A DNA stretch of 32,080 nucleotides from Catajapyx aquilonaris (lineage: Eukaryota). Location of the stretch: NCBI GenBank assembly GCA_000934665.2, contig KZ539320.1, forward strand, positions 1 through 32,080, read 5' to 3'. Positions within the stretch are counted from its first letter, which is position 1; each line of letters opens with the position of its first letter. Positions 20,501 to 32,080 of the stretch are shown here, in pieces. Both the position numbers and the translations under genes were made by a program. The notes beneath the pieces are model-generated. The model was not told the origin of the DNA. It made no database searches and was given only the letters and a program-made list of their open reading frames with translations.

Positions 20501-23500
20501 TTTTCTGGATCTCTGAATTTTAATGTCAATTTAACTAAAATGTACAACTGCACATTTGTTCACCGGATCTAATAAGTGTCAATTAATCGAGTGAAAATCG
20601 CTCAAAATTTGAGAGCAACCCCCCCCCCCCCCTGCGTACATAAAGGCTTTTTTTCGATTGGTGTTTTTTTTTTGCAACGGTGGTTTTTTCATCACTGTTA
20701 ATTTTTTTTGGGAGAGCAATAGGCTTTTTCATTGGTCGATTTCGGTCTTTTTGTGTTTTTTCAAATGGCTGGAAAATTCATAACCCCCTCCTTTTTTTTC
20801 ATGTAGAAAATTTTATCACATTCACAACGTGTCCTTTTTGCCACGATGTTTAGGTTTAGATCTCATTAGGTGTTTACGAACACAACGCCCTCATATGGCT
20901 GTGACAGCCATGATCATCGCAACGTCTATAAAAGAAAAAAAAAGTGGCCAGTGTTTCCTGATCTCACATTTTTTTTGGACAAGATTTCCCCCCCTCCAAA
21001 AAAAATTTTGCTGATGAGACCACAAAACCGCATTAGGCATGCCACATCGAGCTTTGAGTTTTTGCTGAAAAGAGTCTAATTGAAGTTTCAGCTTGGTCGC
21101 TCTTATTAGGAGACCAGGTAATGTTCATATGGGCCAAACTCCAAGGTTGACACGTAACATTTTGTTTTTTTTAAATATTCAGTGAAGTTCCTTCACCCCG
21201 TCGCCCACCGAGTTCCCGGACGGCCATGATGTATGATACGGTTTACCAGTCTTCGATTAACTGGTTGGGGAAAAAGTGAAGGGAACGATTAGATAAGATT
21301 CAGGACCTAGGCCAACACGTTTCGAGTAGGAGGTTTCAAGCTAGGATGAAGACAAATAAGGTCCTTGTGTGATTAAAGGTTTTGCTTGCAATTGCCAATT
21401 TTTTTTTGGTTTACAAAGATTGCATTGCGTACGGTGATTTTTTTTGTGAGGATGCTACAAGTTGGAGTCCTGCTTTGTAATTAATTTCTGTGCTCAGGGA
21501 TTACAATAGGCCTGTTATGTGGCTTTTTTACTTTTTTTGGGGGGGTAGACTTGGAAGTTAAGAGTCAAAATCGAAGTCAGATTATTTGAAAAACCTGAAT
21601 CTGAACAAACTGATTGACCTTCCAAGTCTTATGCCGAATCTATCTCACGGGCATGTTTTTAAACCCCTAAATTTTTCTTTTAAATACATCAGTACCAATC
21701 GGAATGAAGCGAGCGTTTGAATTGGCCTCAGCATCGCTCGAGCCTTTTTTTTAAAAGCAAAAAAAGTGCTAAGTAAGTCAGCATTAAAGGCTCAAGCGAT
21801 TGACAAAATTAACTTAATGAGATGTCCTCAACCTGCCCCAAAATACACAACCGAGATGCGAATGTGTACTTAATTTTTTTTTGTCAAAAAAAACGATAGG
21901 TGGAACAGATGTATGTCATCCGCAGCGTTTTTTGAGGGCTTGAGAGAAAGAAAGAAAAGCTTAAAGACAAACCAGTTACTTTTTGCGTGCCTCATCTTAT
22001 TGCACAAAATATTCTATCACAAATGTTAAAGCGACGTTGAAACTGATCAAATAGATTGTGCTAGAGTGTAAAGGTGTCTAGAGGCACAATCACAATATTA
22101 CGCTCCAGTTCCTACCATATTTCAAAAAAAAAGATAAATAAAGAGAGAGAGAAATATACACCGGATATAAGTGATCGATTATATTCTATCCTTTAAAAAA
22201 AATACAGTACCTAATATTTTGCATAATTATGCGCTCTCTGTGATACCCGAGGTACTGCAGTACAGTGCATAAATGCTCAGGCCAATGCCTTGAACACCTT
22301 ACAGCACCTAGGCTGTTTATACATAACACGTCAACTATTATTTTCTGTCTTTTTGTAATCATTACAACACACACGGTGTCAGGAAAATAATTGCGGATGA
22401 CAGGAATGCAAGCACATGCTGGTTGCATACCCTTCGGAAGATATATTTTCCAGCTACCGTATGCCTTTGTAATTTTCGAGAGAGTGTATAGAATCGCCCA
22501 TTTAATTGTTAGTAACAAACTGGTCCAACAAAAATAGATTGTCTGTATAACATATAGCTCCTAGTTTGGATTTATCAGAGCGTGCAAGCGATTAGGTGAA
22601 GAAAAAACAAATATTCTTTGTTCACTGCAATTATTTTTATCAATTGTTGGACATCTCGAGGTGTTAGAACCCGAATCTCTTTGGCCAAAGAGCACGCAAT
22701 TGTACAGCTTCTCGGTGGTAAGCAACTCCAGGAGGAAGTGAAGTAAACAAAAAATAATAATAGAACAATGTTTAAAAAAAATCAGTTGATAACATTTAAT
22801 ACCGTATGTAAGTTTAGAGTGAAAAAAAAGATGTTGAGTCATATTAGTTTTCCCCCCCCTTAGATAGATATTCCAGTATTTGTGAAACAATACGATTCAA
22901 AACAGCATAATTCATCCCATTTACTACCCTCACCTCTTTCATATCTGTCTGCTTGTGGCTCCTGTAAATGTCTTGTGTATCTCGTGCCTCCTTTTATCTG
23001 TGACCAGAGAACAACGGAATCCTGTATAAAAAATATATAAGTCCAGGGTGTTTTTAAAAATATATATATAATTACTATATATAGTTCAAAAGGGGTGGGT
23101 TTGTGTGTTTACAAACTATCCAAAAAAAACCACTGCTATTTTCCCAACGGGAGGGCTAAATTGGCCATGGCAGGATCGATGGTCTTTTCTAGGATGGCAA
23201 GCTGCTTGTTTAACCCAAATTAAATTTTTCATTCCATCTTATACCAGGGCCGGTAATTGATTTGAACTTGATTAACTACTGTTTAATTCAACATTTCCGA
23301 GAAGGGTAGGTGAAACTTTGTCCCGGCGGCCGGAAAATTGCCACGGTTTCTGGCATGTTATTTTTCAAAGCAAGTCTTCCTGATTGCATTTTGCCATAAT
23401 TGAAATTCGCAACCGGCTCCCTGGTGCAAAAATATATTTTGGTAGAAAAAAAACCCTGCTATGGCCAAACCCCACCCTTCCCCCCTTTTTTTCCAAAAAA

Positions 23501-26500
23501 AAATGCCTTCTTCCTGTATCGTTTTTTTTTTCGGACAGTGGAACAAAAATCTGTTGGGTCATTGGGTTTGACACTGGCGTGCCTCTTGTTAGTTGGATAA
23601 TGTGTGTAGCATGATGGCTGTAGGAGAAAGATATAACTAAACAAACATTTAAAGTGTTTAAAATAAAATTTAAGAAAAAAAAATTAAAGGTTTTGCTTAG
23701 GAAGGGAAAAGTTGGCCGATTGGCCCAAAACCCTCCAGGGCTTGTCTGCGATGAAATCCTGAAGAGTACAAACATTTTTCCGTGATTAGCTTTAGCTGTT
23801 TTTAGCACCGTGTAGTTACCGTTTTTTTCTTCTGGTTCGATCAGTGTGCAAATTTGGTTTCCTCCACCACCACCCTGTACTTTTCAAAAAAAAAATTGTC
23901 AAGTGTATTTTTTTGGTCTTCCGTCCCACAGTGTTGAGGTTTAGTTCGCAGCTCGGCCACACCAGGGCGTGGAAGTTTCCCCTGGCGGCTGAGTAGTGAA
24001 CTACCTAAGCACTCCCAAACTTTCTCTTCATTCACTGACTATGCAGTTTACTCAAAGCATTCTTTGGTCGAGACGGCTTTCTCTGTCGATTGTTGTTGTT
24101 TCAGAGAGATTCACTTCTTTCTAGGCTGCTACTTTTTTCCCCCTTCTCTCAGAAAAATCGATTCTTGCTTACAACCGGATCCTTAAAAAAACACACCCAC
24201 TAAAATTTGGGATGATTTTTCATGTTTTGGGCACCGCCTTCTGACAGGCTAAGTAGCAACCATCACGTCATAGAATCATTTAGATACATATGCATTGAGC
24301 GGTTGGGGGGAGGGGAGGGGGGGGGAGAGAAAAATACACAGCATATGGGGAGAGGTTTGAACAAGTGTAACAATCCCCGCTTCCAAAAAAATTGCTGTTT
24401 TGTTGTGGTAGTCGGTCCTATCAGAAGTGAAACTACTGCTATATTTGTGTTGCTGTGATGAACCGTAATTGCTTAGAATTATATACCAGGGAGGGTACTA
24501 TTAAAAAATCGTCATACGCCGCGTAAAAAAAAAACTGGCGGCCAACAATTAACATGATCAAACTGTGTGTGTGCCATTTGTTTTTCTTGTTTTGTTTGTA
24601 AAGCGTGTCCTTGCGGCCGGAATTAATATTTGTTTAAAAATATTGTAATATCGGATATTTTAAAGCAAGTTTATCGCCTCTAAAATGTCGATATTTCGAT
24701 ATTAAAAATCCTGATATCGCTGCAGACTGATCCATTTGGCAGATTACTTGGAGCTTATACATTCTCGTCAGAAGATGGCGGGGTTTTAAAACCGGTTTTC
24801 CCCTAGAATAATTTTCTTCAGTTCAGTTAATGTTGAGGTCTCTCTCTCGTCCCATCCAATGGGGAAATGTCTCCTTTTTTTGGGTCGAGCCAAGGGGATT
24901 CTCACAGTGGGCTTCAGATCTCACAAGTGCATTAGTAAATTAGCCAAGGATACATTTTAGCCAACCTGAGAAATTTGCGTGATTAACTCAGAGGACGCAA
25001 GGACACGCCGACAATTTGTCGAGTAACCGAATTTTCAGCATTTAAATATAAAAAAAATTGGGATCAGATCATCCTTGTATCTAGTCCAGAAATTATTACA
25101 AAAATCGGCTTAATGAAAACGCCAAAGGTTTTTTTTTCGCAAATTATGGGAGTAGCAGTCTTCGTTGCATCTGAACCGCTCCCAGCATGTTCAGTTCGTC
25201 ACATATGTAATCAGATATTGTACTGATATGTTTGTATTTGGAGAAGAAGAAAAAAAAAGTCCAGTCAGGAATGTTTTAATTTTTTTTGTAGGCGTACAAG
25301 TGATTTGTGCAAAAAAAATTGTGTATGAAGCTTGTCATGTAATAAAAAAAAGCTGTCCGAAATACGCCAGATTGCAACTTTTTGGGGGGAGGCTTTTTTC
25401 TAGTCCTACAGGATTACCCGGTGAAGAGGATTCGAGATTACAGGAGAAGGCGAGGCTTTTTGTTTATAATTTAAGCCCTAGACATGGCTTGCACCTTGTG
25501 TAGTAATAAAAAATTGATCGCACTAAGGGAACGGAAGGATTATCCGGATCTTACCAAGGAGTTTTTTTCCCCCTCCTTTCTTGGTAAGTCCAAAGTGCGA
25601 CAAACTTCTCTTCTCTAAAATAAGAGCTTGTCTTGAGCCTGGCTTATTGCAAGGATCCTAACACCCCCAGCCTTTCATTTTGGCGGACCCGGTGCTTTGA
25701 ATCCACATTTAAACAGAGAGGTTTCTACCCAGGTTCTCAACCCAATCTGAGTTTGGAGGGATGCTTGCTCTTCCGCTTGGATAAGACGCCCCATGGGGAG
25801 ATTTGACTTTTAGCCCACAGATTTTGAAACCCTATTGGAAAGTGTGTGTGTTTTTTTTTTTGTAGAATCTGACTAGGAAAACAAAGTCATATGCAGCATA
25901 CCACTGGACATCGTTGGACCTTGGATAGGTAGGTGACCTTTTATATAGCGATTTATGGTGGACTATTCTGGACGACCTTGATGGTGACAGTGTTAATTTG
26001 TATGGGGATTAAACCGCATGCCAAATCCTATAGGAAGAAAAATCACTCGGCAGGTTTTTTCTTTAATTGGCCTCATAAACCTTGTTTCAATGCAATCGAG
26101 GCTTGAATGTTGTCCACAAAATTTTTAAGGAAAAAAAAGTTCACCTGTAAATGGTGTTTCGATGTTCATTAATTTAAAAATTTCACGAAATATTGCACCT
26201 ATTCATCAATTTGGGATGAAGCGTTCACATTAAAAGTTAGGGGGTCGATTTTTTTTCCAGAGAATTTTTTTTTGGGAAGGTTGCTTTCTGGTGCTTTCCA
26301 CCGTTAGGTTTTTGTCGATTAGAAAAAAAACATCTTTTTTTCTTCTCCAAGACTTGGAGTGTGTATGGATCCACAACCACGCCCTTGATGCCTTTCAAGC
26401 CCACGGGCTAAACCCTCACTCAAGCTTCTTTTTTGTGCTTCTTTTCCCCGCCAAGTTTTTTTTTTAAAACTGTACCCTCGCCAGGAGGCACTTTTTTATA

Positions 26501-26582
26501 CCCCCGGTTCTCCAAACCCCAAGTCCTTTGTCCCTTTGCCAGCCTTGGCTGTAAATTAAGTGCAAACTCTGTAGAACGTGCT

Positions 26583-27101
26583 CGGATTGCGAAAATTTTT
26601 GTGGCTTACCAGAATGCACTTGTATAACGGGGACATGGCCATTTGTCGACATATATAGGCAACAGTGCAATTTTTTTTTGAGCATGATATTACACACCTG
26701 AAATTGAGCGTATCCATNCGGATTGCGAAATTTTTTGTGGCTTACCAGAATGCACTTGTATAACGGGGACATGGCCATTTGTCGACATATATAGGCAACA
26801 GTGCAATTTTTTTTTTGAGCATGATATTACACACCTGAAATTGAGCGTATCCATAGGCAGTATTTTGACCAAAATCAATCCCGAATTTTGACAGCAGTTT
26901 CATATTTGAACATGTATATCCTTGGGGGACGCAAAAACGAAACGAAACAAAAAAAAAAATGTTGNCACACCTGAAATTGAGCGTATCCATAGGCAGTATT
27001 TTGACCAAAATCAATCCCGAATTTTGACAGCAGTTTCATATTTGAACATGTATATCCTTGGGGGACGCAAAAACGAAACGAAACAAAAAAAAATAATGTT
27101 G
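26583..27101. other. Two ~135-bp duplications each split by a single N (probable assembly/haplotype artefact)
   Basis: 26583-26717 is repeated at 26719-26854, and 26830-26964 is repeated at 26966-27101. The copies differ only around homopolymer runs. Confidence 0.85.
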
Positions 27102-30100
27102 AAACATGCCAATAAAATGGCGACCCACTTTGTTTAGAGGCAAAAAGTACGATCAATTTATATTCACAAGTTGGGCCAACTTTCCTGCCCATCATAATTC
27201 ATGAATAGCTCGCGGTTAGAAAAAAAACAACGCACATTTTGTGTCGGAAAAACTGCCATCAAAGTCGACCCAATTCGCAACTTTGCATAATCTATCTACA
27301 CATGACGTTTCCACGCATTTTCCAAAATATTTGATATTATAGCCACTAGGCCAATAGTTATTTATTTATTCGTGAACAGTGTTGACTAGGCCTCGAATTT
27401 TATTACGGTAGATGAAAATTTATGCTAAATATTTTTTAAAATTAATCTCATAGTTTTTTTCGGCTCATTTGACAACAATGCTATGGGTGCTCTCGTGGCA
27501 TTTAATCGGAGGTCTTTGACATGACAGCCCACCCACTCTCCTCACCCACACATATGTAACGCAACACATTCCGGATAAAATCCGTTCCGGGTTGGGCTCA
27601 GTTTGCAATCAACTATACACAGTATTGTACAAGCATTGCCCAGGACACATACACAAAAAAATTGTAAACAACTGATTTTTGTGTACATGATCAGAACAGT
27701 TTTTTGAGACACACCAGATTCAAGCCACAGGTCAGCATGTGGCACCATTCCAGGTGACTGACCTGTACCAAATACCTTGAGCAGTAACATGCATATGTGC
27801 ATAGATCAAGAATCGGCCTATTAATAGTCAGCGGAGTGGAATGGCCTTTTGTGCAACAAGTTGTGCTGGCTTTTATCTATATGCACGGGAGGGATTACAT
27901 GGGTGGAATTTTAAAGCTAGTAAGTGATGGAAGGATTATTATTATCAGTCAGATAAGTGATGCGGAAAAATATATATATTACATGTTGCAGATAACCTTG
28001 AAAAAGTTGGGACGTAGTTACCGCGTGTTGAAATAACTCCATGGTTGATAACGGGTCTTGAGACTAGCATATCTTGCTAATATTTTTTTCATGTCCGATA
28101 GTCGCTAAATATTTTTAGACTAATACACACAAGCTCACTTCATATCAACATATAGGTAAATGCAGTATTTTGTGCCTTTAGGTTCACATTTTTTTTCTTG
28201 GCTGCTTAATGAATGTAATGTACTGTATGAATTAAATATCAACATACGATATTAATAATAAAATATAAAATCAATGCGATCTTATCTAATTGAAGATCAC
28301 AATAAATGATAACACACTGGGTTGACCAATGAAATGTTGCGAAACTTCTCAATTTAACACTAATGGCAATAAACCACAAGGCTTCGCAACATAGGCCAAG
28401 ATATTGACAGCAACGTGGACTAAATTAGCCAAGTAGTCTCCCCCTTTACCTATTTAAATGTGGGGGGTTTCCCATCTGAAATAAGGGAAGGCAAACACCG
28501 TCCTAGCCAGCTCTGAATCCTAGAAACCCCCACCACTAGAGAATGGGTCCAAAGTGAAGGCCCAGGATGATGATGATGAAGAAGAAGAGTCATGAAGCAG
28601 CAGCAGGTAACATAGAGCAGATCTCATCTCAGGGGGCCATATTCACCTGGCAGGCTGCCTAATCAACCGAGCTTGCATGGGAGACGAGCCTTGAGTCCTC
28701 CCCAAGCGCAATTGGATCCTGGATGGAGAGGATTCTTTTTTTTCTTTCTTTCTTTCTTCTTCTTCTCCCCTAGTTCCACTCTATTTGCATGGAGGCTGCG
28801 GAAGAAGCTGAGAAAAAAAACCTGGGGGGTGAAATGAATGCGGCTCTCTCTCACTTCTTGCATCCTTTCACTGCTGAAAGACGCCCCTCGGTATCTGATT
28901 TGCATCTGTAGCCAGGCTAATAAAAGATCCCGATATATCCGATCGATTTATGTTTCATCCTGAACACGTGGGTGGAGCTCTGGCGGTAGCGTCCCTTAAC
29001 TACTAGTAGCGGGCGCGTGCGGACATAACGCGTCACTTCAGTTGGATTCAGCTTTTATTTTCTTGATGTCAACATCTGTAGGTGATCCAGACCCTTCATT
29101 TTCTCCAATCTCTGGAGGGACCTAGCACCAGCCTCATAAACCCTGTGCTGAGGATAAGCCTTTTGGGTGTTCCCTCCAGGCCTCATACTCGTTTATCAGG
29201 CTTCCTATTCGCTTATCTCTGCTCACACGATGTCCAACTAAGGTACTGCGTGTGTTGTGGTAGAGAAATCTGAGATTTTGCTTTGGTTGGAGTGGACCCT
29301 AGAAGGATTTTGGACTAAGGATTCGATCAGTGAGATGACACGATCTGAATGTCCGGTTAAGCCTCTGGATATTATGTGAGGATGGATAGATTCAAAGGGA
29401 AACCCAGCGATAAGCTCTGATGCGGAAGTTTCATATCGGTTGTTGCCCTTGACACCTCGGGTGCGAAATGGAGCCCTTTGCACCAGGTGGACAAAAAAAA
29501 TTCGGATTATTATACAGTATGCCCTGTACATGGTGGTACATTTGATCTATTTTTTAAAAAATACTTCCCGAATAAAGTGGGGAATTATTACCATTCTGTT
29601 TGGAAATAACTATTCCGCTGCTTATCAAAGGTAAATATTATTAAACCAGTCAGCCACACTGTACAGTATACATCAGGGAAAACATTATGCCTACTTTATT
29701 GGGGATTTTTTTGTGTGTGTGCGAACTCTGTTGCAGATTTTGCAAACAATAATTTACAGCATTGTGAAAACAAAATTAGTGGCGGTAGAGCACTTCTCCC
29801 CTGCAGAGTGGTGACAATTACAGCTGGTAAATAGGATAATCAAATTAATAATAAATAATTTCAGCCTGTTTCATACTTTTTTTCCATTCTAGGTATTTTT
29901 CCCAATACGAACATATTTGCGGTGACCTGTAACATGAGCCTGTAATACGCGACAGGAAGTACGGCATGGCGAGGTGAATGTACCGTGCAACGAACCATTT
30001 TTTAACGATACACATATTTTTAAAAAAATTAACGAACTCCACACACACACCTCCTGGTGAAATTGCATACAAAATTGCCAGACCATACTTAACATCAATC

Positions 30101-30497
30101 TCTCTTTCAATGAAAGAAGCTGATTAGACCACTATTGACCATGCCGCAATTTTCTTTGAAATGCAACTCGTTACTCCACTAGTCTGCTGGATGACATGGC
30201 AACACGTAACCCAAAATAAAACCCAGACCCCACAGGAACCTTCAAAAATATATATATATTTTTTGAACTCCCCAGTGGTATCCACTATGGAAAAAATATA
30301 CAGACAGGATGGTGGGGGAAGGACAAAAAAAAATGGGGAAGGGGGAATGGGGTTAGATTGAAGGGAGGGAAGTGTAGCTAGTGGTGTAGAAAAATGCTGC
30401 CCCTCCCTTGCCCCAGGGGCCCAACCCGGGTCTGGTTGAGGTAGGTCACCAACCACTCGCCCTGTGATTAACCCACCATGTTGCCATACATGCTCCC

Positions 30498-30559
<62 letters not shown>
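30498..30559. repeat. (AAT)n microsatellite, about 20 units
   Basis: Direct reading of the sequence. It explains the poly-Leu and poly-Ile ORFs in the track. Confidence 0.95.
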
Positions 30560-30560
<1 letters not shown>

Positions 30561-32080
30561 GTATGGGCGAGGAGAATTTGACACCTACGATTGGAAGAAG
30601 TGACATTCATAAATATGTCAGCGTTTATGGTTTGGTGTAACTGTATATGTTTCGGGGCGCGGTTGACCCCTAAGTTTCCCAAATACGGTCGTGCGTAACC
30701 CCGATGTGACCCACTTCACTAAAACAAGCGGATAAAGTCGATACCCACACGTACCACGTTTTACTGCTGGGAGAATAAAACAACACATGTGCAAATAAAA
30801 AATTTAGCACAAAAGACAGGGTCAGGGTTCGCAATAATTTTAAATAATGAAACACTTGGTTGGTCATACCTGGTGGGTAATTCCACCCATTTTTACCCCG
30901 GATGACAACTACTCAGGTCTTACGAAGAAGGTGGCCTGGTAGCTTCCCTCTTCAGTTGTTGAATATACCGGTTTGTGCATGTGAGTCAGGTTCCTTGATC
31001 TTTGGCCACAGGTATGGATGCTACGTGCGTGACATAATAAAATAAGGGTGAATCATTAAGGCGGAGCAGGTGGGGGGGACATCTTTTCACTTCAAGATGA
31101 AGAAGAAGAAGAAGACAACCCTGCTTTTATACTGCCACAGTCCCATTGTTCTGGAAAAAGCCAATTCTCCAGACGTATTTTTTGACATTTTTTGATATGT
31201 AATTAAATGTTGATCAACATTATGCGATGTGGCAACACTGGACGTTTCTCTCCCGCGAAGAACTTTTCTTTTCTCCAATGGGTGTTTTTCCAAGAGCATT
31301 TTTAGAGGGCAAAAGCAAGTAGAGGAAACAAAAGGCCAGGCCAAAATGCACTCTTAGGAGATGAAGCTGAGTTGGGCATGTTCGTGACGGCCACAAAAGT
31401 GAAGTAAAGAGGGGAATGGTAAAGGAAGAAGTGAAGAGAAAAGAAATGGGTATAAAAATGGGTGCAAAATTGCTTCACTCCGACCATTACACTGGGATAA
31501 CTTTTTGAGAACTGGGAAAGTGGTGGGAAAGAGAAAAAAGAAGTCATTCGAAAAAAATATTATTTGGGCCCAACTTTTAACTCTCCCAGTTTTTTAGTTC
31601 CGATTCGCAGATAATAAAACTTTGGAGTTTATATAACAAGTGGGGGGATATCGCGAAATTCGCGCACATTCCGACGCGTCATCAACTCGGGACATAATTG
31701 GCATAACTGTTAAACCCAGCAATTAGTATACCATCCGATGACAATGACTGAAACGTGGCCAGTCCTGGTATTCCAGCTAATGACAGCTGTCCATTTCAAC
31801 TAGCAACAATTGGCACTAATAAGCTGCTTATTTACAAACAGCTAGCGATTCTCAAAAATGTACAAGTTGAAAATATTAGCCGCTCAATATTAGCGGCTAC
31901 AAATCGCTGCTAATTGAGTCCATAGCTGTTACAAGATCTAGTTGTTACTCGAGTTTGTAATTGTAATACTTATAAAATAGCGGTTACTTGACTCGGCGTA
32001 GTAGCTACAAAATCGCTTAGAATCAGTTCATAATACTGCCGTCAGATGTGAGAGGACCGTAAAGGCCATTTCACAGAAAA

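Noticed and set aside
26583..27101. Apparent tandem duplications
   Set aside because: Both have the same ~135-bp size, are centred on single Ns and differ only around homopolymer runs, which fits an assembly bubble or contig-overlap artefact.
29082..29242. AG/GT-bounded open frame (VIQTLHFL...)
   Set aside because: It has a weak polypyrimidine tract, no recognisable homology and no partner exons.
30124..30682. Poly-Leu and poly-Ile ORFs resembling signal or transmembrane peptides
   Set aside because: They are produced by the (AAT)n microsatellite.

Overview
This is eukaryotic, probably arthropod, genomic DNA from a gapped assembly. The one recognisable gene is a complete five-exon headcase/HECA homologue on the + strand: exons 4310-5007, 7190-7286, 10152-10340, 11271-11453 and 11962-12135, giving 1341 nt, 446 aa plus TAA, with all introns GT-AG. 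The ORF track misses exon 2 and shows exon 5 in the wrong frame. Unlike Drosophila hdc, the spliced ORF has no internal read-through stop. Upstream lie a decayed CR1/L2-like LINE (- strand), a possible RTE-type 3' end, a TA-flanked Tc1/mariner-type MITE and a 35/41-bp minisatellite. The ~20 kb after the stop codon has no coding sequence I can recognise, only tandem repeats, motif arrays, microsatellites and assembly artefacts. The most interesting leads are regulatory: an ATG-TAA start-stop element 2 nt before the start codon, nested complementarity joining the two ends of intron 3, a near-consensus CTCF site before exon 2, an array of E-box/CCAAT pairs with ERSE-like 9-nt spacing, and a ~197-bp triple repeat with a conserved hairpin. 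I see no clear evidence of a wholly new biological system; these are hypotheses from manual reading.
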